Source: Mobula hypostoma
Lineage: Eukaryota
Assembly (NCBI RefSeq): GCF_963921235.1
Contig: NC_086097.1
Span: forward strand, 24,244,001 to 24,308,000
Direction: 5' to 3'
Length of the DNA: 64,000 nucleotides
Shown piece by piece: positions 1 to 13,300 of the stretch. Made by a program: the position numbers and the translations under genes. Below the pieces are notes generated by a model. That model was not told where the DNA came from, did not search any database, and was given only the letters and a program-made list of their open reading frames with translations. Positions within the stretch are counted from its first letter, which is position 1. Each line of letters opens with the position of its first letter.

Positions 1-211
1 TAATCAACAACTTATTAATGTCCGCCTTAAGTATATCCATGAGCTCGAAAACTCTTTCCCTAAATCTCTTTGCTGCCGTTTCCTACTTTAAGAAAATGTA
101 TGGAAATGGGTTGAGCTTAGAGAACCATCTTGATCGGCACTGATGAGTTGGGCTGAGGAGCCTGGTTCTGCGATGTATAACTCCATAACTCTGCGAAAAA
201 GATTAAAGATC

Positions 212-530
212 TTTTAAACATTATCTTTATTTGTCATGTGTACATCAAAGCATACCGTGAAATGTGTTGCTTGAATCAAATCAAATCAGTGAGGTATGTG
301 CTGGGCAGCCCACAAGTTTCACGACTCTTCTGGCACAAACGTTACATGCCCACAACTTATTAGCCCTGTTGCTAGCTGTGCATTATTAGGATGTGGAAGG
401 ACACCAGAGCGCCCAGAATAAACCCATGCAGACACGGGAAGAACACACGGACTCTTTAAAGACAGAGGAGGGATCTGAAACTCAATCGGTGACCACTGGT
501 GCTGTAAACCACCACACTACTGTGCTGTGC
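212..530 (-). mobile_element. tRNA-derived V-SINE/HE1-like SINE (tail type ...tgtacatgacaaataaag)
   Basis: Minus strand has the V-domain-like tctgcatgggtttattctgggcgctctggtgtccttccacat; homologous to copies at 2515, 4205, 7405, 28240, 48385 and 61965. Confidence 0.7.
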
Positions 531-1029
531 CTCATCTGGTTCAGTGTCAAGTGTTACTGGTAAAGCTCCAACCTTTCAAGTTGAATGAAAGTTGTTCATG
601 TCATCAGTGTCAGCCAAGATTATATACTTAGGATATTCTGAGTGGGGCTTGGAACCTGTAACATTCTGACATTCATGTAATTGTGGTAGAGATTGCTATC
701 TGTCGACATATGACTGACAATTGGCTAACAGTGTGGGATTACAGTATGAAAAAGTGGCTAAGCCTTTAATAGTCACCACAGAAAGCTCTAAATTTACCAA
801 CTTGGTTGGCAAGGGAGAAAGGAGTCTGTTGTTTCTGAGGGATTGGGGAGAAACCCTCTGAGGTGTTTTCCTCATGTTCATTGTCTCAGTAGCAACACCA
901 GAAAATCAGACTCTGGGGCCAGCAGGAGTTCAAATGGAAGACGCAGGAAAGTTTGCAGATTGACCTTGGAGCACAACATCATGGGCTGAAGGATCTGTAC
1001 TCTGCTGTACTGTTCTGTGTTCTAAGATT

Positions 1030-1310
1030 CTTGTGGAACTCAGCGAGCCATGCAGCAACTATGGAGGGAAATGGGCAGTCAACGTTTTAGGTCGGGACAC
1101 TTCATTAGAACTGGATAGGAAGAGGGCAGAAGCTGTAACAAAAGGGTAGAGGGATTGAGAGGAGCCACTCACTCTTCCCCTCCACCCACCTACCTACCTT
1201 CTGCCTTCTCACCTGGATTCACCTATCATCTACCAGCTGCTCCTTTTATACTGGCTTCTGCATTCTTCCTTTCCAGTCCTGATAAAGGGCTTCAATTGTC
1301 CATTTCCCTC
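1030..1310. mobile_element. Penelope-derived fold-back pseudo-LTR fragment with decayed hammerhead motifs
   Basis: Left arm ggaactcagc...cagtcaacgtttt and inverted arm ending ttccagtcctgataaaggg; same family as 19982-20150. Confidence 0.6.
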
Positions 1311-1389
1311 CATTGATGTCGATTGATTCTCTCCCTTTCTCCTGCAATCTGTCTGTTGATGTAGAAACTGTGGTTCCAGGGAGCACCAA

Positions 1390-1508
1390 CTATCTATCTA
1401 TCTGTCTATTGATCTATCTATCTATCTATCTAGCTGTCTATCTGTCTATCTATCTGTCTGTCTGTTGGTCCATCTGGCTATCTATCTATCTGCCTGTGTG
1501 TCTGCCTG
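1390..1508. repeat. (TATC/TGTC)n microsatellite
   Basis: Directly visible tetranucleotide array. Confidence 0.9.
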
Positions 1509-1975
1509 CAAGGTTCAGTACAGTAGTGTAAAAAGTGACACACTGGTGTAGGGACAACATGGTATCATAGTGGTTTGCACCAGTAATCACCAGTGGGGGT
1601 TTGATTCCCGCTACTGTCTGTAGAGTTTGAATTTTCTCCCTGTGACCTCATGCTATGAAGTTGGTGATTACTTGTTGCCAGTAAATGAAGATCACATCAC
1701 TAATGACGCCAAGTTTCAGTCTGTACATTTCCCCCTCCTGTAAGATAATGGTCAAAAAGCTGTACTGCATAGAAACAGGGCCTTTGGCCCATCAGATGAT
1801 TCCTATCTGAACTACTTGCAGCTGCATCAAGAAACTTAGCATCTTTGTTATATGTTACCCACTTTTTAACCTGTGTACCTGTGTGCTCTAGGAATTCATC
1901 TCCAATGCTGTTTCTGACCTCTTGGAATGTGTTGACCCACCTTTACTGAGTGCTGAAGCTTTGTAAGCTGTCCCT

Positions 1976-1978
<3 letters not shown>

Positions 1979-2007
<29 letters not shown>
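1979..2007. repeat. (GT)n microsatellite
   Basis: Directly visible; similar arrays at ~7917-7940 and (CA)n at ~8508-8535. Confidence 0.95.
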
Positions 2008-2009
<2 letters not shown>

Positions 2010-2514
2010 GGGGTGGGGTTGGGATGGTGGTGGGAAAGGGGTTTATTTTTCTGTTGTTGCTTGTTGTACGTTGGCTATCTGTTGTTCTGCTGAACATTGT
2101 GGGCATGCTATGTTCACACCAGAATGTGCGGCAACTCTTGCGGGCTACCCCCAACAAGTCTTCAAATTCTGTTCTTTGTCATGAGATTGCATTGAGTTTG
2201 CTGTCTGCAAAGCCCGAAATTCAAAAGGATGCTAGCAATAAGCTTCTCAGGTCCTGAAAAGTGAATATTCATCACAGTTAATGCAGAGGATATATTTCAC
2301 TGTATTTTTCAATGTACATGTGATTATTAAATAAATTAAATTATAATTATTGACCCAAACCTGAAGGCGACGTATGCATCATGATGATAGGCCTACTACC
2401 TCTCCTCTCCCAAATTATCTATCCAAAGTGCATTTGTACAGTCACTATCCCTTCATTGGAAGAGGACTAGGTCCATTGAGAAAGGTAGATAGATAATTAG
2501 ATATATAGATAGAT

Positions 2515-2845
2515 AAAGATATTTATTTATTTCATGGACATCAAAACATCAAAACATACATTAAAATGCATCATTTTGTGTGTCAATGACTAACGCAGTC
2601 TGAGGATTGTGCTTGGAGTAGCACGCAAGTGTTGGCACACTTCCACTGCCAACATAGCACGTCCACAATTCACTAACCCTAACCGTATGACTTTGGAATG
2701 TGGGAGGAAATCAAAGCGCCCGGAGGAGACCCACGCAGTCACTGGGAGAACATACAAACTCCTTACAGGCAGCAGTGGGAATCAAACTCTGATCAGTGAC
2801 CGCTGGCAACATAAAGCAATCGTACTAATGCTACGCTACCTTTTT
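2515..2845 (-). mobile_element. V-SINE/HE1-like SINE
   Basis: ggaatgtgggaggaaatcaaagcgcccggaggagacccacgcagtcac is the reverse complement of the V-domain core. Confidence 0.75.
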
Positions 2846-2892
2846 GCCCCTACACTAGTGTGCTGCCACTCACACCACCATACTGAGCCATG

Positions 2893-3225
2893 CAGACAGA
2901 TAGATTGGTAAACAGATGAATAGACAGATAGAGAGATAGATAGATAGGCAAATGGACTGACAGATAAATAGATAGATTGATAGGCAGATGGACTGATAGA
3001 TAGATAGATAGATAAATACATAAATTGATTGGAAAATTTACTGATAGATAAATAGATAGATTGATAAATAGTTTGATAGGCAGATGGACTGATAAATAAA
3101 TAGATAGATAGGCAGATAGACTGGCAGATAGATAGATAGGTAGCTATTTAGATAGATAGACAGACCAGTTGGCAGATGGAGAAAAAGGCAGACAGATAGA
3201 CAGAGGCAGAGAAGCAGACAGGCAG
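2893..3225. repeat. Degenerate (GATA/GACA)n microsatellite array
   Basis: Directly visible. Confidence 0.9.
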
Positions 3226-4204
3226 CCCATACAATTGCAGCTAGAAAGTAATGGATGGTTGTTATTGAAGTAATTTGTGAAAGGTTGAAACACTTGTGGA
3301 TAGTGCAGATAGTGCTGTTCCTTCACTTGGAGCTTTAGATTAAAAATGGAGAGAGAGAGAAGAGGGATTAAAATGGGAGATGACAGAGAAAGGATGATTT
3401 GTAGCTTCTGGCACTGAAGACAGTTGTTTAATGTACTGCACTGTTGAGCCTCTGCTCCTGAACTGCTAGCCTTCAGCACGCCAGGAGTGTTAGTGGTTGT
3501 GTTGCAGTGACAACAGGTAACAGATATCTTTTGACTGTTTTGTGTATCTGAAGACTCTGATTAATCAAATCCTGGGGTGTGCTCATGTCTGAGAGTCTCC
3601 CATTGGGACTTTGAGATAGCTTCAAAGAGTCCCAGGTCAAGAAGGACATGTTGGTTCTAGAGCACTGCCTCATTAAATTTGGGTGTGGTTTAATCACATG
3701 GGCACATGTCTGCTGGAGACTGGTTGGCGCCTGTCAAAACTCATCACGTTTCCAAGAACCATCAAAGGGAAAAAACCCTTTATCTCCCTCTGGCTGGGCA
3801 GATTTCAAGCTGCTGTGTCTGAAGTGACAGAATGGTACAACGAAGCAATGATCTAATGGGTTCTATCAAATCTCTTCATTTTGCATAGTCCTCTATAGTA
3901 TTCAAAAGCATGCATACCATCACATCCCTGTCATTTTAATGCACCGTGGCGAGCAAGCTGATCACCATTGATGCTGTCTGACAAAGGCAGGCAGTAAAAA
4001 GGCAGGAAAGTTGCATTGCAGCCCCTCCAGTTAATGTAGGTACTGTAAGTGCTTTCACTAATGGGGTAAGATGGGAGGGCAACGGGCTTCTTCGACAGTA
4101 CCTCCCTAAATCCACGACCCAGACCAATAGCGCAATCGGTTCATGGGGAATTCACCTCCTCAAGGTCCCACACCCATCAGAGTTTGGTCCTGCATCTGCC
4201 TTAA

Positions 4205-4600
4205 AGGTGAACTTTATTTGTCACATGTATATCGAAACATACAGTGAAATGCGTCATTTGTATCAACAACCGACAGAGTCAGAGGATGTGCCAGGAGCAG
4301 CCTGCAAGTGTCAGCATCAACATAACACGGAGGGTAATCGTCCTGGTGCAGATCGATGGAAATTTATAGTTGCAGCATGGACTACATGGGCCAAGGGGCC
4401 TGTTTCTGTGCTATACTTCTCTAAGACTGTGCTGCATGACAGCTTACTAGCCCATACTTCTTTGGAACATGGGGGGAAACCAGAGCACCCTGAGGAAACC
4501 CACGCAGTCACGGGGAGAAGGTGCAAACTTCCTACAGACAATAGAGGGAATTGCACCATGATGTTGCAGCTGCCACTGTAAAACCTAACGCAGCCGGTGC
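4205..4600 (-). mobile_element. V-SINE/HE1-like SINE interrupted by a short CR1-type 3' end (~4345-4425, +)
   Basis: V-domain gaaaccagagcaccctgaggaaacccacgcagtcacggggagaag; nested gggccaaggggcctgtttctgtgctatac. Confidence 0.7.
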
Positions 4601-5094
4601 CGTGAAGATACAACTATAAACATAAGATTATAGTTTCATCTGCAGTATCTCTTTGTTTATACCGCTGCCTTATTCTTCAAGATATAGGAAAGCCCCTCGT
4701 ATGCTCTATTCCCATGGATCTGGGAACACAATTCCATAATTCCTTGAAAGAAGCATTGCAAGTAGCTAGGGATGTAATTTTAAGTCTTTATAAGGTGCTG
4801 ATGGGCCAAATGCCCTAATTCTGCTCCTGTATCTTATGGTCTTATGCTCTCATCTAATGGGTCATAAAGATAGCTTTTGGCACATTGGCCTTCATAGATC
4901 ATAACACTGACTACAGTAGTTGGGGTGTTTAGTTGAGGTTGTATAAGATGTTGGTGAGGCCAAATTTAGAATATTGTGTGCAGTTCTGGTCACCTACCTG
5001 CAGGAAAGATATTAACAAAATTGAGTGAGTACAGAGAAAATTGACGAGGATTTTAGGACCTGGGTTAGAGGGAAAGGTGAATAGGTTAGCACTT

Positions 5095-5730
5095 TGCACA
5101 AAATGCTGGAGGAACTTAGCAGGTTGGGCAGCATCTATAGAGAGGAATAAACAGTCGATATTTTTGGCCAAGCCTCAACAGGACTGGAAAGGAAGGGGGA
5201 AGATGCTAGAATAAAAAGGTGGGGGGAAGAGAAGATAGCTACAAGGTGATAGGTGAAGACAGGTGAGTGGAGGAGGGGTGTGTGTGTGTGAGTGGAGAGA
5301 TGGAAAATGTAAAGGGCTGTAGAAGAAGGAATCTGATAAGAGAGGAGAGTGGACCACGGGAGAAAGGAAAGGAGGATGGGCACTGGGGGAGGTGGTTGGT
5401 AGGTGAAAAGCGAAGAGAAGAGGTAAGAGAGGGGCCAGAGTGAGGAATTAAAGAAGAGGGAAGGGGGAGGGAGAAATGTTTCCAGAAGTTAGAGAAATCG
5501 ATGTTCATACCATCAGGTTGGAGGCTACCCAGACAGAATATGAGGTGTTGCTCCTCAAACATGAGAATGTTGTCATTGAGGCAGTGAGGAGGCCATCTCC
5601 AACATGTCAGAATGGGAATGGAGAGTGGAATTAAACTGTTTGCCACCAGGATATCCTGCTTTTTGCGGATGGAGTGGAAGAGCTCAACAAAGTGGTCCCC
5701 CATCAATGCTGGGTCTCACCAATGTGTAGG
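5095..5730 (-). mobile_element. Penelope-like element family 1: GIY-YIG endonuclease C-terminus plus pseudo-LTR (decayed)
   Basis: Minus strand reads LHIGETQ (YIG motif), then after a frameshift MGDHFVEL...EEQHLIFCLGSLQPDGMNIDFSNF, followed by a pyrimidine-rich UTR, a decayed hammerhead (cagtcCTGTTGA...tcgactg) and the terminal arm. Confidence 0.8.
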
Positions 5731-6669
5731 TAAATGAGACTGGGCAGAAAGACAGTTCAGCATGGACTAGATGGGCCAAAGGGCCAGCTTCTGCGCTGTA
5801 GTGCTGTATGACTGCAAGACTCTGTTTGTACATGGACTTTAGCTACTTCAGGTTTATAGAGTGCATGGCCTTTCTATGTGCTTCTGCATGTTGTCACGTT
5901 CCTTCAGAAGAACAATTCATCTAATCTTTGAGGCACAGGAGACTATCTGCTCATGACTCAGCCCGAAGTGAATCAGATTTAAATGCTGTTTTACAAACCC
6001 TGCTGCCTGGGACTTCATGCACAAACCTGGATAAAAAGCTGGGATCAGCAAGTTTCTGTCAAAGAAGGGGAGATGAAGAGAATTTTTTTTTTGAAAAAAA
6101 ATAATTCAGTAGGTTGTTCTGATTTGAAATGAGCAGCTTGAATGGACACTGGAAACAGATTTAATAGTGGAGGAAATTGAATAAATACTGGAATAGCAAA
6201 CATTTTGCAGGCTATGGGGAAATTGTAGAGACTTTAAGCTAATGGAATGGCATCAAAATTCCAGCATAGGCATAATGGGCAGAATGGCCTCATTATGTGC
6301 AGGAGGAATAATCTATGGTACCTCAACCATTCCCAATTTCTACCTCCGAGTCAATCTGAAAAAGGTGAAATGAGTATGAATTGAGAGCCCTGAAAGAGAG
6401 CTCTGGAGTCCTTTAATTCAAAGTTAAAGTAAATCAAACTAAAATTTATTATCAAAGTATGTATATGTCATCATATACTACCCTGAGATTCATTTTCTTG
6501 CAGACATGTGAAGGAAAGTAAAGAAATACAATAGAAGTTACAAAATAAGGCTACATATAAACAAAGTCTAATGGATATCCATTGTGCAAAGGAAGAAAAA
6601 TGTGCAAATAAAAATTGCTGAGAGCCTGAGTTGTAAAAAGTTCTTGAAAGTGAGTCTGTAGTGAGTCAG

Positions 6670-7005
6670 CACTCACAAAATGCGAGAAGAACGCACACAG
6701 AACGCCAGTAGGTCAGTAGATGAGGCAGTATCTATGAAGATGATGTTTCAGGCCGAGGCTCTTCATCAGGACTGGAAAGGAAGGGAGGAAGAAATCAGAC
6801 TAAGAAGGTTGGGGGAAGGGGGGAAGGAGTGCAAGATGGAAGGTGATAGGGTGATAAGTGCAGCCAGTTGAGGGGGAGGTAGGTGAGTGAGGAGGGGGGA
6901 ATGAAGAGAGAAGCTGAGAGGTGATAGGCAGAAAAGGTAAAGATCTGAAGAAGAAGGAATCTGATAAAAGAGGAGAGTGGACCATGAGAGAGAGGAGAGA
7001 GAGGT
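6670..7005 (-). mobile_element. Penelope family 1 pseudo-LTR fragment
   Basis: Homologous to 5095-5370; minus strand cagtcCTGATGAagagcctcggcctGAAAcatc. Confidence 0.7.
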
Positions 7006-7404
7006 TCTGGAAGTAATTGCAATAATTTCTCTCTTTTTCCATTCCCATTCTGTCTCCCCTCTTACCCCTTTGCTTCTCCTCACCTCCCTCTGGTTCCCGT
7101 CCCCCAAGCGGGATGGTCCTAGCAGACTACAGGTGGTGCTGCTTCCTCACAGCTTCAGTGATCCGAGATCTCCTGGCACTTCTGTCAGAGTTGGAATATC
7201 CTCTGTGTAACCACACCAACGTCAAAGTAGAGTTTATTGACATTTGCACAAGTACACGTATGTACAGGTGCAATTGAAAACTTACTTGCAGCAAGCATTG
7301 AATTCCAAAGATATGTGGGTTGGCTGGTTAATTGACCTCTGTAATTGTCCCTTCTATGTTGGTGAGTGGTTACGTCAGGACAGAGGTGATGGCAATGTGG
7401 GAGG

Positions 7405-7710
7405 AAGGGAAGCACAGCAGTGTAGCGGCTAGCGTAAAGCTTGTGAGTGCGTGCTGGTGATCAGGGTTCATTCGCTGCCGCCGTCTGTCAGGAGCTTGTA
7501 TATTCTCCCTGTGACCGTGTGTGCTTCCCCTGGGTGCTCCAGTTTCTTTACACATTCTAAAGACATGTATGCTGCTTTGGCACCACAGGCATGGCAACTC
7601 TTGTGGGCTGCCCCCAGCACATCTTCAGACTGTGTTGAACGTTCAACATATTTCACTTGCAGTTTTGATGCTTCAAGGTACGTGTGACGAATAAAGCTAA
7701 TCTTACTTTA
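7405..7710 (+). mobile_element. V-SINE/HE1-like SINE
   Basis: tRNA-like head (cacagcagtgtagcgg...gggttcattc), V core, tail ...tacgtgtgacgaataaagctaatctt. Confidence 0.75.
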
Positions 7711-8287
7711 AAATATTATGAGGGAATTAGATTGCTCTGTGAGCCAGCATGGAATTGATGGATTGGAAAGGCTCCCTTCTGAAGGAACACGGAATATGAA
7801 GCAGTCTGTGCAGTGGGATCATCAGCTTATGAAAATGTAGCTTCACCTTGCAGTCACCACCCAGTGGAGCCTAACAGAGATGTGCTCGTGTTCAGCTGGG
7901 ACAGGTCCTGTGCACAGTGTGTGTGTGTGTGTGTGTGTGTAAGGGAGCCTCAGGGACAATGCAGCCACACCTGATGCTCCTCACTCTTTCAATGAAAAAA
8001 AAAGCTTCTTGCCTGTTGTTAAAACTGAGACCAGCTTACTTTATACATTGCTATTTCTGTTTCCCCACAAACCTTATTGAGTCTTTGCCAGCTCATGCAC
8101 CAATGCTGTCCCCAACTAATTCCTCAAGATTCAAGATTCAAGTTCGGTTATTGTCTTTCTTCAGTGCATGAGTGTAAAAGAGAACAAAATGATTGTTACT
8201 CCAGATCCTATGCAGCATAAAAGAGCACATTAAATATAAAGTACACAATAGAAAACAAAAACAAAACACAATAAATATGCATATAAA

Positions 8288-8505
8288 AGCAACACACACA
8301 AAATGCTGGAGGAACTCGGCAGGACAGGCAGCAGCTATGGGAAAGAGTAAGTAGTCAGCGTTTCGGGACAAGACCCTTCATCCTAGTCCTGATAAAGGGT
8401 CTCAGCCCAGAACATCCACTGTTTGTTCATTTCCATAGATGCTACCTGACTTGCTGAGTTCCTTCAGCATTTTGTATTTTGCTCTGGATTTTCAGCATCT
8501 GCAGA
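8288..8505. mobile_element. Head-to-head Penelope-derived fold-back unit with a decayed hammerhead on each strand
   Basis: Left arm ...gtcagcgtttcgggacaagacccttcatc is the reverse complement of right arm gataaagggtctcagcccagaacatccactg...; arms are about 95 bp. Confidence 0.75.
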
Positions 8506-10429
8506 AGACACACACACACACACACACACACACACGTATATATATGGTGGTGGTGTAAGTTCAAGTGTAGTCACACCCAGTCCTGAGACACCAGGCAAGG
8601 TCATTTGATATGTTGATCATTACAGAATGCGTTTTTGGTGCTTCCCACTTTCTCCCCTCTCCCTTCCGCTTTTCCCAACCATGATTCCCCTCTTCCTGTC
8701 TCCTTCCCACTCACAGTCCGCAAAAGGGACCTATATCAGAGTCAGGTTAATCAGCACTCACATATGTCATGAATTTTTTTTGTGTCAGCAGTACAATGCA
8801 ATACAAATGGCAGATAGACAGGTGCTGTAGATGCTTTGGGCAATTTTAACTACCCATCCTATCCGCCGCAGTGCAGTTTTCATACCACACAGTGATGCAG
8901 CATGTTAGGATGCTCCCATACCTGGACCACAAGACTGAACCTGTTAAAATGTGGGATGAAATCCTGGGTTTTACAGCTTCGAGCAACTGGGTACCACATC
9001 TTCAAGGTGTGAAGGTTCCAGCGTCTGATTTCACTGCTCAAAGGCAGCCTCGCTCACTCCAGCTTCCCAATCTTTGCCTCAGGCAATCAATCATGATGAA
9101 AAATTGTAAAGCTATGACAATGTTCCTTTTCGAAACAAATGTGATCTTGCCAGAGTTCCCATCACAAACTGGTGCCAGTTCACTCTCATTGGCACTTCTT
9201 TATCGTTTCTATTACTCTTGCTCTCCTTCATCATGACTATTCTGTCAAAGTGTTGTCTGAGCCATTTTAATTCTCAGCCTTCTCATGCAGAAAATTGTGA
9301 AATAATGATCTTTCGTGTAATGTAAACACTGCGTCTGAGGGCTGTAGATTAGCAAGATTTTATGGACTTTTTTTACAGCGCACTAATTTTTTTCTTTTCC
9401 TGTCAGCATGTGGTATGGTTGGCCATTGAGGGATTCACTCTGGGGGCCTGAACTGAAAAGAATAAATGAGCTTCTGGATGAACTCAGCGATTCAGTCAGC
9501 GTCTGTAGAGGCGAAAGGATGGTTGATGTCGCAGGTTGACACCCTTCTTCGGTGTAAAGGAGCAAAAGAGAGGACGAAGAGGCGGGAGTGAGGGGTGATG
9601 AGCTGGCAAGTGATAGGAGAAACCAGGTGAGAAAGGGGTTGATAGGCAGATGGAATCACATCGGGGGAGGGAAGGGTGGATATCCACCAGACAAGGGTTA
9701 ACAGGCCTGAAGAAACTTACATTATCACTGTCCAGCAGAGTCTTGAGATTGCAAGTGAAATGTCCTAGACAATCTCCCACAGTTATACTGTACCATCGAC
9801 GAAGCTTTCAAGTAGTGGGCAGCACAGTCTGCAGGCAGGTCAGTTCCTCTGAACTCAAAATGGCTTCCCCGACGGGTTCCTTTCCAGATATCATTACGGG
9901 CCCCTCTCACATCCTGATGGGCTCCCTTCCCAATATCCCCACTGTCTCCTTCAACACCTTGGCTGGCTCCTTCTCCAACATTACGGCCGGCCTCTTCGAC
10001 ACCTGGGTCGGCTCTGCCACCAACACCAGTCCTGCTACTCTAATCAACGAGCAGCTCACTGAGGGAGTAGCCCTCCAGTACCCGAAGTTCTTGGAGTAGA
10101 ATTGTCTTGCGATTGTAAAAAAAGCAAAATTTACAAGGAGAAAAATCACCTTTGGTTGGCCTCTGAGAGGCCGCTGCATTTGCTGCCATCTTACCAGAAG
10201 TGAACAATACCTTAATCGGTCACTGTGTTACCTATCACAACAATCCCGCACCTCACAAAATTAACGTGATCAAACTGGCCTCTCTTTCAGAATCTTTTGT
10301 TCAGCTGTTTCATTAACTAACTGACTTTAGTTCAGGAAGCATTTCTTCTTTGAATCGAATTAATGCTCCATTTCATTCAGTCTAACACGAGTAGCTATGA
10401 TCAGGGCAACTTTGAACACCCGAAGTATT

Positions 10430-10785
10430 AATGGGGTAGGATAGCATTGAGGTAATATTACTGGAATTGTAATCCAGAGCCACACACACTAAAGGGCCAG
10501 GAGATATGAGGTTGAATCCCAGGCGGAGGATTTAAATTCTGTTAATTGAATGGTCTGGGATGAATAAAGATCAAGCTCAGGTGAGTAGTAGTGACAATGA
10601 AATTAACAGACTGTCAAAAAACATTAATGTTTTCCAAAGAAGGTTAATCTGTGATTGCTACATGGCCTGGCTATATCTCATCCCAGCCCCATGACAACAT
10701 GGTTCAATCTGAACAACCTTGTAACACAGCGAAGTCACTTACTCCAAAGGAAATTTGGTAAATAAAAGCAGCACCTGTCATATGT
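10430..10785 (+). mobile_element. Old tRNA-derived SINE of a second family (minus-strand copy at ~55410-55770)
   Basis: Head ggtaatattactggaattgtaatccagag...ggttgaatccc; body homologous to the reverse complement of ~55545-55760. Confidence 0.55.
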
Positions 10786-11939
10786 GAACTGAAACACAAC
10801 ATAATTCCCTCAACCAGACACCTCCTTTCAAAACTGGAAGCTCAAATCTATAAATTGTGAGCTGAGTCTTTTATTTAGTTTCCCTTTCATCCTCGGCTGA
10901 TATTTTTGACTCTTTTCCATCTAATACACGCTTTCAGTAGCTCAGAATCCAAAGCTCCCCCCATTCTGGATCAAGCTCAGAATTAGAATCCGAATCAGAA
11001 TCAGGTTTATTATCACTGACATATGTTGTGAAGTTTTCTGTTTTGTGGCAGCAGTAGTGCAATACTTAAAAAATTACTTTAAGTTACAATAAGAAATATA
11101 AAAAAAGGAGCACAAAAAGAGGTCAAAATTGTGAGGTAGCTCAGGGGTTCGTGGACTGTACAGTAACTTGATCGTGGAGAGGAAGAAGCTATTTTTGATT
11201 AGGCAGGGCATGAAGGGATTAAGGGATTAGGGCTGAGAGGGAAAATGGTGAAATGGTGGAACAGACTCAATGGACCAAATGGCCTAACCCTGCTCCTATA
11301 TCTTGTGGTCTTATGGTCTTAAATGTTGAATGCGGGTCTTCAGGCTCCTGTACCTTCTCCCTAACAGTAGTAATCAAAGAAGGGCATGTCCTGGGTGATG
11401 AGGGTCCGTCGTAATTGATGCTTGCTGCCTTCTTGAGGTGTCTCCTTTTGAAGGTGTCATCCTGGTGGGGTGCTAGAGAGTTGTTACTGATCTATAACCT
11501 GACCCAAAACAATTCTGCTTTATCTTTAAAGTTGGCTTGATGTTTTCAGCTATTGAGATGTCAGGAGCTCTTTGCCAGAAATCTGAAATGCAATCAGCAA
11601 GTTAGTACATGGAGGAATAGAGAAAGAAACAAGAAAGGCCAAGAGGACTCAACAGGCAAAATGGCCTAATTCTGTTTTTATGACTTATGGTCTAAAATTG
11701 AGCTCCAGGTCAATAACCTTTGTTGGCCTAGAAAGAAGGGTCTCGGCCCGAAACGTTGACTCTTCATTTCCACGGATGCTGCCCGACCTGCTGAGTTGTG
11801 GGTGTTGCTTTGACCCCAGCATCTGCAGAGTATTTTGTGTTTAAATCCAATTTCTTATCTCTATAGAACCTCCCTGTTATTCCTCTTTATCTTATTGGCC
11901 TCCCTTTATTCTGCCTCGTCCCAAGTCCACCGAATTGCA

Positions 11940-12190
11940 TTAATCCTTGTGGAAGTCCTCTGGCCCTACATACCTGTTTACCTGGGAGGCAGATGCACTG
12001 CTCGCTGCCTGTTCTCATTCTGCAAAAGCAGAATTTCCCGCTGGCCAAGCATTTTAATTCCAATCCCTATTCCTGTTCCTACATTTAAGTTAAGGGCCTC
12101 CTCTACTGCACGATAAGATCACTCTCAGGTTGAAGGAGAAATTCTCGTATTCCATCTGGGTAGCCTTCAACCTGATGACAAGAACATCTA
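11940..12190 (+). mobile_element. Penelope family 1 GIY-YIG C-terminal fragment
   Basis: ctggccaagcattttaattcc (LAKHFNS) and ttccatctgggtagccttcaacctgat (FHLGSLQPD); homologous to the reverse complement of ~5500-5690. Confidence 0.7.
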
Positions 12191-12919
12191 TAGTACCATA
12201 CAAAAGTATTTAATGTGTGTTTCTCATTCAGACTTCTGCTGTGTCCTAACTTATGTCTTGCCCTGTTCACATGAAGTTACCATGCATACTTACCTTAATT
12301 TTAACATACTTATTCTTGATGTAAGGTTGAGTGAGCTAGCGTGTTTCTCTTTGGAGTGAAGGTGGATGAGAGATGGCTTGATATAGCTGTATAAGATTAA
12401 GAGAGGCATAGGTAGGTGGACAACCACAGCCAGGTTACCATGATTGCGGTGACCAATACCAGAGGACATCGTTATAAAGAGAGTGGAGGAAACTTTAGGG
12501 AAGGTGTCAGAGGCATTTTTTTTACACAATGAGTGATGGGTGCTAGAAGGACTGGCAGGTTGGTTATAAAGGCTTGATCAGACTTCTGTTATGATTAGAT
12601 GGACTCTTGGCCTCACAATCTACCTTGTTATGATCTTGGACTTTATCTTTTTCCTGCACTGCACTCTTTCAGTAGCCTTCACACTTACTCTGCATTTCAG
12701 TGTTTCCCAGCCTGGGGTCCATCGACTCCTTCCAAAATGCTATTGCTCCATGGCATAAACAAGGTTGGGATCCCCTGCTCGAGCTCAATGCACTGTGCAA
12801 TGATTTGATCAGTCGGAACAGTATGCAAGCCAAGCGTCTCACTCGATCTTGGCACATGTGACAATACTAAACCCAATACCAATACAACGGGGACAGTTAA
12901 GAGAGTCTTAGATAGACAG

Positions 12920-13300
12920 TGGGTGGTGGGATGGAGATATATCTCTATCAAAGGAGGTGTAAGATTCTCCTTCCCTCTACAGGTCACCCCTAGGCGAAGT
13001 GTAGCACCTGCTTACACCTTCCCCCACCTCGGTTCAGGGTCATGTGAAGCCATGGGAGCAAGTGGTGGGTGGTCGTATGCGTAGCCGGGGTATATCACAA
13101 GTTCCAGTCATATGACCACTGACACTAGGCAGACAATCTCTGAAGAGTATTGATATTGGCAGGGGTCACCTGTCTTGTAAAGATAATGCCCAGAAGAGGG
13201 CAATGGAAATCCACTTCTGTAGAAAAGTTCGCCAAGAACAATCATGGTCATGGAAAGACCATGATCGCCCACGTCATATGACACAGCACATAACGAACAA
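12920..13300 (+). mobile_element. Non-autonomous RTE-related element (second copy 57300-57672, -)
   Basis: Contains the BovB/Sauria-like RTE motif gaagagggcaatggaaatccact and ends ...cacagcacataacgaac; collinear with the reverse complement of 57300-57672. Confidence 0.65.

Noticed and set aside
9650..10099. 149-aa ORF with a 15-aa repeat superficially like a leucine-rich repeat
   Set aside because: Starts within a Penelope pseudo-LTR fragment, lacks the LxxLxLxxN consensus and clear splice context; periodicity is explained by a 45-bp DNA repeat.
10571..10590. CAG|GTGAGT as a recursive splice site
   Set aside because: No polypyrimidine tract, and it lies within an old SINE.
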